This document shows positions 8,077 through 20,688 of a DNA stretch of 64,000 nucleotides, piece by piece. The translations under genes were made by a program, and so were the position numbers. Source of the stretch: the human T2T-CHM13v2.0 reference genome, Homo sapiens; the NCBI RefSeq assembly GCF_009914755.1, contig NC_060927.1; one strand, given 5' to 3'. Numbering within the stretch: the first letter of the stretch is position 1; each line of letters starts with the position of its first letter. The notes beneath the pieces are model-generated. The model did no database searches. It saw nothing but the letters and a program-made list of their open reading frames with translations, and had not been told where the DNA came from.

Positions 8077-8984
8077 ACACATCACCACTGTTTTTGTTTT
8101 TTAGTATAAAGAGTAGTATTTTATTGAATAAGATTTGCTCACAGAAAAATAAGTTTAAATCTACAACGAATGCCAGAGCCTACAGCAGAAAGCAATTTTC
8201 TCACTTTTCCACACACAATGGTTCCTAATAAGTGAAAAAAAAGCCATAAAATTTCATTCACAAATGTACTACTCTGTCTCAAAACACCTCACGTAATCAT
8301 GCACTGTACTAAAGCCATCAGATCAGTTCTTCAGTCAGGTTAAAGAAGTATCCCTCTAATAACTGACTTTTATAATGCTATCAATATCCACTCCCAATCA
8401 GTCTGCCATTGTTAATGGTGTACAGCATTACTGAATACAACGGAATTGATGACGCCCATATCCACAGACAAACCGTGACTTATGATGGTTTGATTTATGA
8501 TTTTTCAACGTTATGATGGGTTTATTGGAATATTAGATTCGTTTCTGAGTTACACTGGGTTTATGAGTATGCGACCCTACACTCCAGAAACAGCTGTATA
8601 AGGAAAAACAGGTGTACCTAATAAAAATATGCTTAGTGACTTGGGATAAACCAATAGATGTTCACAAGTGATGGAGAGCCGTGAAAGAGAGATAGCGGTA
8701 AATAGTTACAATAACACAATTTTCCTGCACCTGTCGAGGATTTCCCCCAAAAAACGCAGAATGTGGGATGCACCTAAGGCATATGAAAGAGAGAGGGCAG
8801 AAGGAGTAAGAGAGAAATAGGAGGAAGGAAGGAAGGAAGCAAGGAAGAAAGGAAGGAAGGAAAGAAGGAAGGTAGGACGGAAGGAAGGAAGGAAGGAAGG
8901 AAGGAAGGAAAGAAGGATGAAAGGAAGGAGAAAACACCGGTGTTACTAAAACCCCCCAAAAAATGGTTTCCCCCTGTGGGTAAG

Positions 8985-9326
8985 CCTACAATGTGGATGA
9001 ATCTTGAAAATATTGTGCTACGTGTTATGTCAGTCATAGCAGCTCACCTATTGTGCAATTCCGTTTATAGGAAATGTCCACAATATGGAAATCTATGCAT
9101 ATGGGATTGATCGCACTAGGTAGTTGCTACCTGGGGCTGAGGGTCAGGGAGAGGGTTTGAGACAGAATGAGGAGTGACTAATGTCTACAGGGTCTTTCTC
9201 TGGTCGGGGCTGATAAGACGTTTTACAATGGATTGCGAATTAAAATTGAATGTGCACAACCACAGGTATACTAAAAGCCACTCAATTCATGACCTTTAAT
9301 GGGGGAATCTTACGTGGCGTAGTCTC
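8985..9326 (+). mobile_element. L1MB 3' fragment
   Basis: Copy of 2679-3020. Confidence 0.8.
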
Positions 9327-9526
9327 ATGGAGACCACGGCAGACATAGTGAGAGAGAAAAAGGTGAGTAAATATCTGAAACGGAGGCAGAAACAGAGAGA
9401 ATGAAAAGCCCTGTGAATGGAAGGGAGAGCGAAAAGGGAAAATGGTCCTATTTACAAATGACAGATGTGAAACTGGGGTTCACATCAACAGTGTCACTGC
9501 CAGGAAGGAGGGTCATGCTAGCCATG

Positions 9527-12508
9527 TCACCGGTAGTGTGGCCCGCAGGGACGCCGACCTGCTGGAGCGTCGTGCCAGCATGGGCTGTGGCAAGCACGTG
9601 GGCCAGCAGGAGGTTCCCGCTGCACAGCTGTGGGGTGAGGATAGACTGGGTGGTGATATCGGCCATTACAGGGGCCTCTTCTGCTGGCAAGAGTGTGACA
9701 GTAGCAAGTAGATGGACAGGCCTGCGTGTGAGGACGGAATGCAGGAGGGGTTCTTGTGCGCCTGGGTGTGGGGCCCTCACGGGAACCGTGGAGAAATGGC
9801 CAGGTAACTGCGTCATGTGGGCTAGTAGATTGGCCAGGGCTTCGAACTGAAGGACGATAATGGGGAGTAGCTGTCAGGCCCTGGGAGTGCCTGAGTGTAA
9901 GTGGAGATGGGTTTGGGGTCACTGAGGGATGTGTGGGAGCCATCCCTGTATAGGTACAGGTCATAGGGAGATAGTCTCGTGAGGCCTGTGAGTGTCTAGG
10001 GTTGTCCTGGGTGCCTGGGGCTGACTGTGGCAGAAATCTGGGGAAGGCTGGAGAGAAGCTGGGAGACCCAGGAGAGTCCCTGAAGGCAGGGGGTGAAGAG
10101 GTGAAAGAAATGGGGGAGGGTTGCAGTAAGGTCCGTGAGTTTGTAGGTGATTCCTGGGTGCGGGAAGCTGACTCCAGGTGAAATCTGGAGATGGTTGGAG
10201 AGTAGCTGAGAGAGACAGAAGAGTCCCTGAGGGCTGGGGGTGAGAACATGAGGGAGACGGGGGAGTAAGTCAGTGAAATTCGTGAGTTCGGTGGTGTATC
10301 GTGGGTGCCTGGAACTGACTCCAGCTGGAATCTAGAGAAGTTTTGAGAGTAGCTGAAGGAGACACAAGAGTCCCTGTGGGCTGAGGGCAAAGACCTGAGA
10401 GAGACCAGGGAGGACCTCAGTGAAGTCTGTGAGTCTGTAGGTGATTCCGGAGTGTGGGAGGCTGACTCCCGCTGAAATCTGGGCGTGGTGGGAGAGTAGC
10501 TGGGACAGACAGGAGAGTCCCAGGGGGCTGGGGGTGAAGACATGAGAGAGACTGGGGAGTAACTCAGTGAAATTGCTGAGTTGGTTGGTGATACCTGGGT
10601 GCCTGGAACTGACCCCCGCTGAAATCTGGGCATGGTTGGAGAGTAGCTGGGACACACAGGAGAGTCCCTGAGGGCTGGGGGTGAAGACATGAGCGAGACC
10701 GGGGAGTAACTGAGTGAAACTGGTGAGTTTGGTGGTGACTCCGGGGTGCCTGGAACTGACTCCAGCTGAAATGTGGGCGTGGTTGGAGAGTAGCTGGGAC
10801 AGACAGGAGAGTCCCTGAGGACTGGTGAAGACATGAGAGAGAGTGGAGAGTAATTGAGTGAAATTGGTGAGTTTGGTGGTGATTCCTGGGTGCCTGGAAC
10901 TGACTCCCGCTGAAGTGTGGGCGTGGTTGGAGAGTAGCTGGGACACACAGGAGAGTCCCTGAGGGTTGGAGATAAAGACGTGCTAGAGACTGAGGAGTAA
11001 CTGAGTGAAATTGGTGAGTTTGGTGGTGATTCCGGGGTGCCTGGAACGGACTCCAGCTGAAATGTGGGCGTGGTTGGAGAGTAGCTGGGACAGACGGGAG
11101 AGTCCCTGAGGGATGGTGAAGACATGAGAGAGACTGGGGAGTAACGCAGTGAAATTGGTGAGTTTGGTGGTGATTTCTGGGTGTCTGCAACGGACTCCCG
11201 CTGAAGTGTGGGCGTGCTTGGAGAGTAGCTGGGACAGACAGGCGAGTCCCTGAGGGTTGGAGATAAAGACGTGCTGGAGACTGGGGAGTAACTCAGTGAA
11301 AGTGGTGGGCTTGGTGGTGATCCCAGGGTTCCTGGAACTGACCCGCGCTGAAATGTGGGCGTGGTTGGAGAGTAGCTGGGACAGACTGGAGGGTCCGTAA
11401 GGGCTGGGGGTGAAGACGTGAGAGAGACTGGCGAGGATCTCACTGAGGTCTGTGAGTTTGTAGGTGTTTCTGGGGTGTGGGGTACAGACTCCCGCTGAAA
11501 TCTGGGCGTAGTTGGAGAGTAGCTGGGACAGACAGGAGAGTCATGGGTGGCTGGGGGTGAGCTGCTGGATGATGGCAGTAAGAACATATGGTACATTATT
11601 GATGAATGAGGTGACTGTGAAGAATCTCCAGAGGAGGACACGGGAGAACACAATGACATGAGTGACTGTCCTGCTTGGTTAGGAAAGGGAAACGTAAAGT
11701 TGTGGAATTCTGTTGATGATGGATGTGAGAGTGGTGAAGCCCTGCGGGATGATGTAGAGGACTTCCACATCCCTGGTGAGGAGCTGCCCCTTGGGTCTGA
11801 GTTTCTGGGAGGGGAGAGGGAGAAGCTGGGTGAGGCAGGCATGAATCTTGAGGAGTCAGGGCTGGGGGACCGCTCATATTCTCCCGAGACCTGTGAGTCT
11901 CTGGGGGACTCCTGGGTGCATGGGGCTGACTCCCGCAGGAACCTGGGGATGGCTGGAGAGTAACTGGGAGCCACAGGAGGGTCCCTGAGGCCTGGGGGTG
12001 AAGAGATGCAAGACACAGGGGTGGAGCAGCGTGAGGCTCGTGAGTTTGTAGGTGATTCCTGGGTGTGGGGGGCTGACTCCAGCTGAAATCTGGGGTTGTT
12101 TGGAGAGTAGCTGGGAGACACAGGAGACCCCCCGAGAGCTGGGGGTGAGCTGCTGGGTGATGGCAGTAAGAACATGTGGTATATTATTGATGAACGTGGG
12201 GACTCTGAGGAGTCCTCAGAGGAGGACACGGCAGAGCCCAATGGCTTCATTGATTGCCCATCACGGTGAGGACAGGGAAATGGGAGCTTGTGGGATTCTG
12301 GTGATGACAGAGGTGAGTGTGGTGAAGCCCTAGGGGATGGTGAATGGTAGTTCCGGATCCCTGGTGAGGAGCTTCCCCTTAAGCCTGAGTTTCTGAGAGG
12401 GGAGAGGGAGAAGCTGGGTGAGGCTCGCATGGACCTTGGGGTGTCCGTGCTGGGGGACCGTTCATAAGAAGAGCCAGACAAGACCCTACTGTTCTTAGGT
12501 GCAGACAT
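9527..12508 (-). CDS. 993-aa CTD-like repeat protein, copy 2
   Basis: Intact ORF, near-identical to copy 1. Confidence 0.7.
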   Translation of the reverse strand: MSAPKNSRVLSGSSYERSPSTDTPRSMRASPSFSLSPLRNSGLRGSSSPGIRNYHSPSPRASPHSPLSSPESHKLPFPCPHRDGQSMKPLGSAVSSSEDSSESPRSSIIYHMFLLPSPSSSPPALGGSPVSPSYSPNNPRFQLESAPHTQESPTNSRASRCSTPVSCISSPPGLRDPPVAPSYSPAIPRFLRESAPCTQESPRDSQVSGEYERSPSPDSSRFMPASPSFSLSPPRNSDPRGSSSPGMWKSSTSSRRASPLSHPSSTEFHNFTFPFPNQAGQSLMSLCSPVSSSGDSSQSPHSSIMYHMFLLPSSSSSPPATHDSPVCPSYSPTTPRFQRESVPHTPETPTNSQTSVRSSPVSLTSSPPALTDPPVCPSYSPTTPTFQRGSVPGTLGSPPSPPLSLSYSPVSSTSLSPTLRDSPVCPSYSPSTPTLQRESVADTQKSPPNSPISLRYSPVSLMSSPSLRDSPVCPSYSPTTPTFQLESVPGTPESPPNSPISLSYSSVSSTSLSPTLRDSPVCPSYSPTTPTLQRESVPGTQESPPNSPISLNYSPLSLMSSPVLRDSPVCPSYSPTTPTFQLESVPGTPESPPNSPVSLSYSPVSLMSSPPALRDSPVCPSYSPTMPRFQRGSVPGTQVSPTNSAISLSYSPVSLMSSPPAPWDSPVCPSYSPTTPRFQRESASHTPESPTDSQTSLRSSLVSLRSLPSAHRDSCVSFSYSQNFSRFQLESVPGTHDTPPNSRISLTYSPVSLMFSPPALRDSSVSLSYSPTISRFHLESASRTQESPTNSRTLLQPSPISFTSSPPAFRDSPGSPSFSPAFPRFLPQSAPGTQDNPRHSQASRDYLPMTCTYTGMAPTHPSVTPNPSPLTLRHSQGLTATPHYRPSVRSPGQSTSPHDAVTWPFLHGSREGPTPRRTRTPPAFRPHTQACPSTCYCHTLASRRGPCNGRYHHPVYPHPTAVQREPPAGPRACHSPCWHDAPAGRRPCGPHYR
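9976..11561 (-). repeat. ACRO1-like 147/144-bp array, 11 monomers
   Basis: As unit 1. Confidence 0.9.
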
Positions 12509-12823
12509 GATTAGGAAACCTGCAGCTCCCAGGGGCCCCCACTAATGTTCTAACTCGCAGAAGGAAGGAGTGTGTGTGCGTGTGTGAGTGTGCGTGTGTG
12601 TGTGTGTGTGTGTGTTTGCGTGTGTGCGGTGTGAGGTATGGGCCCCTTAAGGAAATGGAAATCAACCAACCAATGGGACAGACAGACAGACAGACAGACA
12701 GAGATTCACTTGCCCAAGTGTTCTGTCCTGTCCTCTGAATCCGCTTCCAAGTCGCAAGACGCTGTGAGCTCCAAGTCCACGCAGAGTCCGCCAAACGCTG
12801 CGGCCGCTGATCCGCTCCGCGAA

Positions 12824-12892
12824 GATCTGAGTACAGGCCAGCCAGGGTGGGTTTAAATAGCCTCGGGCGCAGCCTAGCAGCGGAAAGGGCGG
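12824..12892 (-). promoter_or_regulatory. Core promoter, copy 2 (predicted TSS 12828)
   Basis: TATA 12859-12852; GC box GGGCGGAGC. Confidence 0.65.
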
Positions 12893-13451
12893 AGCTTCAC
12901 TCCTCCTTTCCATCAGTCACCCCCAACTTTCCCAGGCTACACCTCGTAGGAAACTGTTCTCCTGCTTTGATTTCATGCGCCACCTTTGGGACAATCTAAG
13001 AACTTACAGGTTTTCTTGGCCAGATTTATTAGGAATTGTATGCACTGAAACACTGAAAACCAACTAGTGGTTCTGTGCTTCCCACGTTGTGGTTTTGACA
13101 CCAGCAGCATCCTTGCCACAATCAAACCCCGGAGATCCGCAGATCTGTGTTGTAACAAGACCTCCCCCTGACCCTGAAGCATGGCAGTTGAAGAAGTCTT
13201 TCCGTGTAAGCGAAAAGACTTTGAAGAAAAGGTGGAGATATGCGTTGTATAAACATTCTTTTGCTCTGGAACCACGTAGAGACTTGGGAGCCAGTTGGGT
13301 GGAGCATTCGTTGGATGAGGGTGCTCGGGTTAGGAATATCAAGGTGTTTCTCCAGATAATCCAATCATCTAATTAAGATTCCAGTTATGCTCATCTGTTT
13401 TAAAATTCCGTTTGGGTAAATTCTTTTAGTCAGACTGAGAATGGCAAACCC

Positions 13452-13906
13452 TCAACCCCAATTTCCAGGGAGGGTGGAGAGCCTCAGGTGGAGTTGATCA
13501 CCAATAGCCTATGGTTTAACCCATCATGCCTATAGAATGAGGTCTCCATCAAAACCCAAAAGGACTGGGTTCAGAGAGCTTCTGGATAACACTTCCTGGA
13601 AGGTAGTGCACCCCTCCCCGCATGGCGGGCCCCACATTTATTTCTGAACTTTGTGCAATGTCCGCTAAAATACAACGGCAAATGTAAGTGTTTCCCTGCG
13701 TGCTGTGAGCTCTTCCAGCAAATGAATGCAACTAAATCTGGGAGTGGTGGCAACCTGAATTATAGCCAGTTGCTGAGAAGCACAGGTAAAACAACGTAGG
13801 GCTTCCCATTGTTATTGGTGTGGGAGGCCTGTCTGGCGGGACTCGGCCCTTTGGAATCTAATGCTATGTCCCGGTAGATAGCGTCACCATTGAATTAGAA
13901 GACACA
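13452..13906 (+). mobile_element. MER21-family LTR remnant
   Basis: Copy of 832-1286. Confidence 0.75.
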
Positions 13907-14070
13907 CATATGTGGAGAATAATCTTTCTGGTCATTTACTGCATGTCATATTTACAATATGTAATCAAATTCTTTATCCTGACCTTATGGCACCTGGGTT
14001 TAGGACCATGATTTGAACCAAACGTTGGTCTGTCACTTTCTGAGTTTGAAACTTTATTTTGCCTTTAGCG

Positions 14071-14382
14071 TTTTGCTATTGCTTTTTCGTTTTCTTTTGT
14101 TTCGTTTCGTTTCTAAGTTCTGGGGTATATGTGCAGGATGTGCAGATTTGTTACTAAGGTAAACGTGTGCCATGGTGGTTTGCTGCACCTGTCAACCCGT
14201 CACCTAGGTATTAAGCCCAGCATGCAGTAGCTGTTTTTCTTAACGCTCTGCCTCCCGAAAGGCCCCAGTGTGTGTTGTTCCCCTTCCTGTGTCCATGGGA
14301 TCTCACTTTTCAGCTCCCATTATAAGTGAGAAGGTGGCGTTTGGTTTTCTTTCCCTGGATTAGTTTGCTGACGATAATGACC
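14071..14382 (-). mobile_element. L1PA 3' fragment
   Basis: Copy of 1451-1762. Confidence 0.9.
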
Positions 14383-15290
14383 ACACATCACCACTGTTTT
14401 TGTTTTTTAGTATAAAGAGTAGTATTTTATTGAATAAGATTTGCTCACAGAAAAATAAGCTTAAATCTACAATGAATGCCAGACCCTACAGCAGAAAGCA
14501 ATTTTCTCACTTTTCCACACACAATGGTTCCTACTAAGTGAAAAAAAAGCCATAAAATTTCATTCACAAATGTACTACTCTGTCTCAAAACATCTCACGT
14601 AATCATGCACTGTACTAAAGCCATCAGATCAGTTCTTCAGTCAGGTTAAAGAAGTATCCCTCTAATAACTGACTTTTATAATGCTATCAATATCCACTCC
14701 CAATCAGTCTGCCATTGTTAATGGTGTACAGCATTACTGAATACAACGGAATTGATGACGCCCATATCCACAGACAAACCGTGACTTATGATGGTTTGAT
14801 TTATGATTTTTCAACGTTATGATGGGTTTATTGGAATATTAGATTCGTTTCTGAGTTACACTGGGTTTATGAGTATGCGACCCTACACTCCAGAAACAGC
14901 TGTATAAGGAAAAACAGGTGTACCTAATAAAAATATGCTTAGTGACTTGGGATAAACCAATAGATGTTCACAAGTGATGGAGAGCCGTGAAAGAGAGATA
15001 GCGGTAAATAGTTACAATAACACAATTTTCCTGCACCTGTCGAGGATTTCCCCCAAAAAACGCAGAATGTGGGATGCACCTAAGGCATATGAAAGAGAGA
15101 GGGCAGAAGGAGTAAGAGAGAAATAGGAGGAAGGAAGGAAGGAAGCAAGGAAGAAAGGAAGGAAGGAAAGAAGGAAGGTAGGACGGAAGGAAGGAAGGAA
15201 GGAAGGAAGGAAGGAAAGAAGGATGAAAGGAAGGAGAAAACACCGGTGTTACTAAAACCCCCCAAAAAATGGTTTTCCCCTGTGGGTAAG

Positions 15291-15632
15291 CCTACAATGT
15301 GGATGAATCTTGAAAATATTTTGCTACGTGATATGTCAGTCATAGCAGCTCACCTATTGTGCAATTCCGTTTATAGGAAATGTCCACAATATGGAAATCT
15401 ATGCATATGGGATTGATCGCACTAGGTAGTTGCTACCTGGGGCTGAGGGTCAGGGAGAGGGTTTGAGACAGAATGAGGAGTGACTAATGTCTACAGGGTC
15501 TTTCTCTGGTCAGGGGTGATAAGACGTTTTACAATGGATTGCGAATTAAAATTGAATGTGCACAACCACAGGTATACTAAAAGCCACTCAATTCATGACC
15601 TTTAATGGGGGAATCTTACGTGGCGTAGTCTC
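15291..15632 (+). mobile_element. L1MB 3' fragment
   Basis: Copy of 2679-3020. Confidence 0.8.
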
Positions 15633-15832
15633 ATGGAGACCACGGCAGACATAGTGAGAGAGAAAAAGGTGAGTAAATATCTGAAACGGAGGCAGAAACA
15701 GAGAGAATGAAAAGCCCTGTGAATGGAAGGGAGAGCGAAAAGGGAAAATGGTCCTATTTACAAATGACAGATGTGAAACTGGGGTTCACATCAACAGTGT
15801 CACTGCCAGGAAGGAGGGTCATGCTAGCCATG

Positions 15833-18814
15833 TCACCGGTAGTGTGGCCCGCAGGGACGCCGACCTGCTGGAGCGTCGTGCCAGCATGGGCTGTGGCAAG
15901 CACGTGGGCCAGCAGGAGGTTCCCGCTGCACAGCTGTGGGGTGAGGATAGACTGGGTGGTGATATCGGCCATTACAGGGGCCTCTTCTGCTGGCAAGAGT
16001 GTGACAGTAGCAAGTAGATGGACAGGCCTGCGTGTGAGGACGGAATGCAGGAGGGGTTCTTGTGCGCCTGGGTGTGGGGCCCTCACGGGAACCGTGGAGA
16101 AATGGCCAGGTAACTGCGTCATGTGGGCTAGTAGATTGGCCAGGGCTTCGAACTGAAGGACGATAATGGGGAGTAGCTGTCAGGCCCTGGGAGTGCCTGA
16201 GTGTAAGTGGAGATGGGTTTGGGGTCACTGAGGGATGCGTGGGAGCCATCCCTGTATAGGTACAGGTCATAGGGAGATAGTCTCGTGAGGCCTGTGAGTG
16301 TCTAGGGTTGTCCTGGGTGCCTGGGGCTGACTGTGGCAGAAATCTGGGGAAGGCTGGAGAGAAGCTGGGAGACCCAGGAGAGTCCCTGAAGGCAGGGGGT
16401 GAAGAGGTGAAAGAAATGGGGGAGGGTTGCAGTAAGGTCCGTGAGTTTGTAGGTGATTCCTGGGTGCGGGAAGCTGACTCCAGGTGAAATCTGGAGATGG
16501 TTGGAGAGTAGCTGAGAGAGACAGAAGAGTCCCTGAGGGCTGGGGGTGAGAACATGAGGGAGACGGGGGAGTAAGTCAGTGAAATTCGTGAGTTCGGTGG
16601 TGTATCGTGGGTGCCTGGAACTGACTCCAGCTGGAATCTAGAGAAGTTTTGAGAGTAGCTGAAGGAGACACAAGAGTCCCTGTGGGCTGAGGGCAAAGAC
16701 CTGAGAGAGACCAGGGAGGACCTCAGTGAAGTCTGTGAGTCTGTAGGTGATTCCGGAGTGTGGGAGGCTGACTCCTGCTGAAATCTGGGCGTGGTGGGAG
16801 AGTAGCTGGGACAGACAGGAGAGTCCCAGGGGGCTGGGGGTGAAGACATGAGAGAGACTGGGGAGTAACTCAGTGAAATTGCTGAGTTGGTTGGTGATAC
16901 CTGGGTGCCTGGAACTGACCCCCGCTGAAATCTGGGCATGGTTGGAGAGTAGCTGGGACACACAGGAGAGTCCCTGAGGGCTGGGGGTGAAGACATGAGC
17001 GAGACCGGGGAGTAACTGAGTGAAACTGGTGAGTTTGGTGGTGACTCCGGGGTGCCTGGAACTGACTCCAGCTGAAATGTGGGCGTGGTTGGAGAGTAGC
17101 TGGGACAGACAGGAGAGTCCCTGAGGACTGGTGAAGACATGAGAGAGAGTGGAGAGTAATTGAGTGAAATTGGTGAGTTTGGTGGTGATTCCTGGGTGCC
17201 TGGAACTGACTCCCGCTGAAGTGTGGGCGTGGTTGGAGAGTAGCTGGGACACACAGGAGAGTCCCTGAGGGTTGGAGATAAAGACGTGCTAGAGACTGAG
17301 GAGTAACTGAGTGAAATTGGTGAGTTTGGTGGTGATTCCGGGGTGCCTGGAACGGACTCCAGCTGAAATGTGGGCGTGGTTGGAGAGTAGCTGGGACAGA
17401 CGGGAGAGTCCCTGAGGGATGGTGAAGACATGAGAGAGACTGGGGAGTAACGCAGTGAAATTGGTGAGTTTGGTGGTGATTTCTGGGTGTCTGCAACGGA
17501 CTCCCGCTGAAGTGTGGGCGTGCTTGGAGAGTAGCTGGGACAGACAGGCGAGTCCCTGAGGGTTGGAGATAAAGACGTGCTGGAGACTGGGGAGTAACTC
17601 AGTGAAAGTGGTGGGCTTGGTGGTGATCCCAGGGTTCCTGGAACTGACCCGCGCTGAAATGTGGGCGTGGTTGGAGAGTAGCTGGGACAGACTGGAGGGT
17701 CCGTAAGGGCTGGGGGTGAAGACGTGAGAGAGACTGGCGAGGATCTCACTGAGGTCTGTGAGTTTGTAGGTGTTTCTGGGGTGTGGGGTACAGACTCCCG
17801 CTGAAATCTGGGCGTAGTTGGAGAGTAGCTGGGACAGACAGGAGAGTCATGGGTGGCTGGGGGTGAGCTGCTGGATGATGGCAGTAAGAACATATGGTAC
17901 ATTATTGATGAATGAGGTGACTGTGAAGAATCTCCAGAGGAGGACACGGGAGAACACAATGACATGAGTGACTGTCCTGCTTGGTTAGGAAAGGGAAACG
18001 TAAAGTTGTGGAATTCTGTTGATGATGGATGTGAGAGTGGTGAAGCCCTGCGGGATGATGTAGAGGACTTCCACATCCCTGGTGAGGAGCTGCCCCTTGG
18101 GTCTGAGTTTCTGGGAGGGGAGAGGGAGAAGCTGGGTGAGGCAGGCATGAATCTTGAGGAGTCAGGGCTGGGGGACCGCTCATATTCTCCCGAGACCTGT
18201 GAGTCTCTGGGGGACTCCTGGGTGCATGGGGCTGACTCCCGCAGGAACCTGGGGATGGCTGGAGAGTAACTGGGAGCCACAGGAGGGTCCCTGAGGCCTG
18301 GGGGTGAAGAGATGCAAGACACAGGGGTGGAGCAGCGTGAGGCTCGTGAGTTTGTAGGTGATTCCTGGGTGTGGGGGGCTGACTCCAGCTGAAATCTGGG
18401 GTTGTTTGGAGAGTAGCTGGGAGACACAGGAGACCCCCCGAGAGCTGGGGGTGAGCTGCTGGGTGATGGCAGTAAGAACATGTGGTATATTATTGATGAA
18501 CGTGGGGACTCTGAGGAGTCCTCAGAGGAGGACACGGCAGAGCCAAATGGCTTCATTGATTGCCCATCACGGTGAGGACAGGGAAATGGGAGCTTGTGGG
18601 ATTCTGGTGATGACAGAGGTGAGTGTGGTGAAGCCCTAGGGGATGGTGAATGGTAGTTCCGGATCCCTGGTGAGGAGCTTCCCCTTAAGCCTGAGTTTCT
18701 GAGAGGGGAGAGGGAGAAGCTGGGTGAGGCTCGCATGGACCTTGGGGTGTCCGTGCTGGGGGACCGTTCATAAGAAGAGCCAGACAAGACCCTACTGTTC
18801 TTAGGTGCAGACAT
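15833..18814 (-). CDS. 993-aa CTD-like repeat protein, copy 3
   Basis: Intact ORF; L90F variant. Confidence 0.7.
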   Translation of the reverse strand: MSAPKNSRVLSGSSYERSPSTDTPRSMRASPSFSLSPLRNSGLRGSSSPGIRNYHSPSPRASPHSPLSSPESHKLPFPCPHRDGQSMKPFGSAVSSSEDSSESPRSSIIYHMFLLPSPSSSPPALGGSPVSPSYSPNNPRFQLESAPHTQESPTNSRASRCSTPVSCISSPPGLRDPPVAPSYSPAIPRFLRESAPCTQESPRDSQVSGEYERSPSPDSSRFMPASPSFSLSPPRNSDPRGSSSPGMWKSSTSSRRASPLSHPSSTEFHNFTFPFPNQAGQSLMSLCSPVSSSGDSSQSPHSSIMYHMFLLPSSSSSPPATHDSPVCPSYSPTTPRFQRESVPHTPETPTNSQTSVRSSPVSLTSSPPALTDPPVCPSYSPTTPTFQRGSVPGTLGSPPSPPLSLSYSPVSSTSLSPTLRDSPVCPSYSPSTPTLQRESVADTQKSPPNSPISLRYSPVSLMSSPSLRDSPVCPSYSPTTPTFQLESVPGTPESPPNSPISLSYSSVSSTSLSPTLRDSPVCPSYSPTTPTLQRESVPGTQESPPNSPISLNYSPLSLMSSPVLRDSPVCPSYSPTTPTFQLESVPGTPESPPNSPVSLSYSPVSLMSSPPALRDSPVCPSYSPTMPRFQRGSVPGTQVSPTNSAISLSYSPVSLMSSPPAPWDSPVCPSYSPTTPRFQQESASHTPESPTDSQTSLRSSLVSLRSLPSAHRDSCVSFSYSQNFSRFQLESVPGTHDTPPNSRISLTYSPVSLMFSPPALRDSSVSLSYSPTISRFHLESASRTQESPTNSRTLLQPSPISFTSSPPAFRDSPGSPSFSPAFPRFLPQSAPGTQDNPRHSQASRDYLPMTCTYTGMAPTHPSVTPNPSPLTLRHSQGLTATPHYRPSVRSPGQSTSPHDAVTWPFLHGSREGPTPRRTRTPPAFRPHTQACPSTCYCHTLASRRGPCNGRYHHPVYPHPTAVQREPPAGPRACHSPCWHDAPAGRRPCGPHYR
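16282..17867 (-). repeat. ACRO1-like 147/144-bp array, 11 monomers
   Basis: As unit 1. Confidence 0.9.
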
Positions 18815-18889
18815 GATTAGGAAACCTGCAGCTCCCAGGGGCCCCCACTAATGTTCTAACTCGCAGAAGGAAGGAGTGTGTGTGCGTGT

Positions 18890-18921
<32 letters not shown>

Positions 18922-19129
18922 TTGTGTGTGTGCGGTGTGAGGTATGGGCCCCTTAAGGAAATGGAAATCAACCAACCAATGGGACAGACAGACAGACAGA
19001 CAGACAGAGATTCACTTGCCCAAGTGTTCTGTCCTGTCCTCTGAATCCGCTTTCAAGTCGCAAGACGCTGTGAGCTCCAAGTCCACGCAGAGTCCGCCAA
19101 ACGCTCCGGCCGCTGATCCGCTCCGCGAA

Positions 19130-19198
19130 GATCTGAGTACAGGCCAGCCAGGGTGGGTTTAAATAGCCTCGGGCGCAGCCTAGCAGCGGAAAGGGCGG
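19130..19198 (-). promoter_or_regulatory. Core promoter, copy 3 (predicted TSS 19134)
   Basis: Same motifs. Confidence 0.65.
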
Positions 19199-19757
19199 AG
19201 CTTCACTCCTCCTTTCCATCAGTCACCCCCAACTTTCCCAGGCTACACCTCGTAGGAAACTGTTCTCCTGCTTTGATTTCATGCGCCACCTTTGGGACAA
19301 TCTAAGAACTTACAGGTTTTCTTGGCCAGATTTATTAGGAATTGTATGCACTGAAACACTGAAAACCAACTAGTGGTTCTGTGCTTCCCACGTTGTGGTT
19401 TTGACACCAGCAGCATCCTTGCCACAATCAAACCCCGGAGATCCGCAGATCTGTGTTGTAACAAGACCTCCCCCTGACCCTGAAACATGGCAGTTGAAGA
19501 AGTCTTTCCGTGTAAGCGAAAAGACTTTGAAGAAAAGGTGGAGATATGCGTTGTATAAACATTCTTTTGCTCTGGAACCACGTAGAGACTTGGGAGCCAG
19601 TTGGGTGGAGCATTCGTTGGATGAGGGTGCTCGGGTTAGGAATATCAAGGTGTTTCTCCAGATAATCCAATCATCTAATTAAGATTCCAGTTATGCTCAT
19701 CTGTTTTAAAATTCCGTTTGGGTAAATTCTTTTAGTCAGACTGAGAATGGCAAAGCC

Positions 19758-20212
19758 TCAACCCCAATTTCCAGGGAGGGTGGAGAGCCTCAGGTGGAGT
19801 TGATCACCAATAGCCTATGGTTTAACCCATCATGCCTATAGAATGTGGTCTCCATCAAAACCCAAAAGGACTGGGTTCAGAGAGCTTCTGGATAACACTT
19901 CCTGGAAGGTAGTGCGCCCCTCCCCGCATGGCGGGCCCCACATTTATTTCTGAACTTTGTGCAATGTCCGCTAAAATACAACGGCAAATGTAAGTGATTC
20001 CCTGCGTGCTGTGAGCTCTTCCAGCAAATGAATGCAACTAAATCTGGGAGTGGTGGCAACCTGATTTATAGCCAGTTGCTGAGAAGCACAGGTAAAACAA
20101 CGTAGGGCTTCCCATTGTTATTGGTGTGGGAGGCCTGTCTGGCGGGACTCGGCCCTTTGGAATCTAATGCTATGTCCCGGTAGATAGCGTCACCATTGAA
20201 TTAGAAGACACA
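19758..20212 (+). mobile_element. MER21-family LTR remnant
   Basis: Copy of 832-1286. Confidence 0.75.
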
Positions 20213-20376
20213 CATATGTGGAGAATAATCTTTCTGGTCATTTACTGCATGTCATATTTACAATATGTAATCAAATTCTTTATCCTGACCTTATGGCACC
20301 TGGGTTTAGGACCATGATTTGAACCAAACGTTGGTCTGTCACTTTCTGAGTTTGAAACTTTATTTTGCCTTTAGCG

Positions 20377-20688
20377 TTTTGCTATTGCTTTTTCGTTTTC
20401 TTTTGTTTCGTTTCGTTTCTAAGTTCTGGGGTATATGTGCAGGATGTGCAGATTTGTTACTAAGGTAAACGTGTGCCATGGTGGTTTGCTGCACCTGTCA
20501 ACCCGTCACCTAGGTATTAAGCCCAGCATGCAGTAGCTGTTTTTCTTAACGCTCTGCCTCCCGAAAGGCCCCAGTGTGTGTTGTTCCCCTTCCTGTGTCC
20601 ATGGGATCTCACTTTTCAGCTCCCATTATAAGTGAGAAGGTGGCGTTTGGTTTTCTTTCCCTGGATTAGTTTGCTGACGATAATGACC
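20377..20688 (-). mobile_element. L1PA 3' fragment
   Basis: Copy of 1451-1762. Confidence 0.9.

Noticed and set aside
10332-11190. 204-aa and 208-aa ORFs in the other two minus-strand frames
   Set aside because: Likely by-products of the C-rich, stop-poor repeat and they have no promoter context. They also show that openness of the repeat alone is weak evidence for coding.
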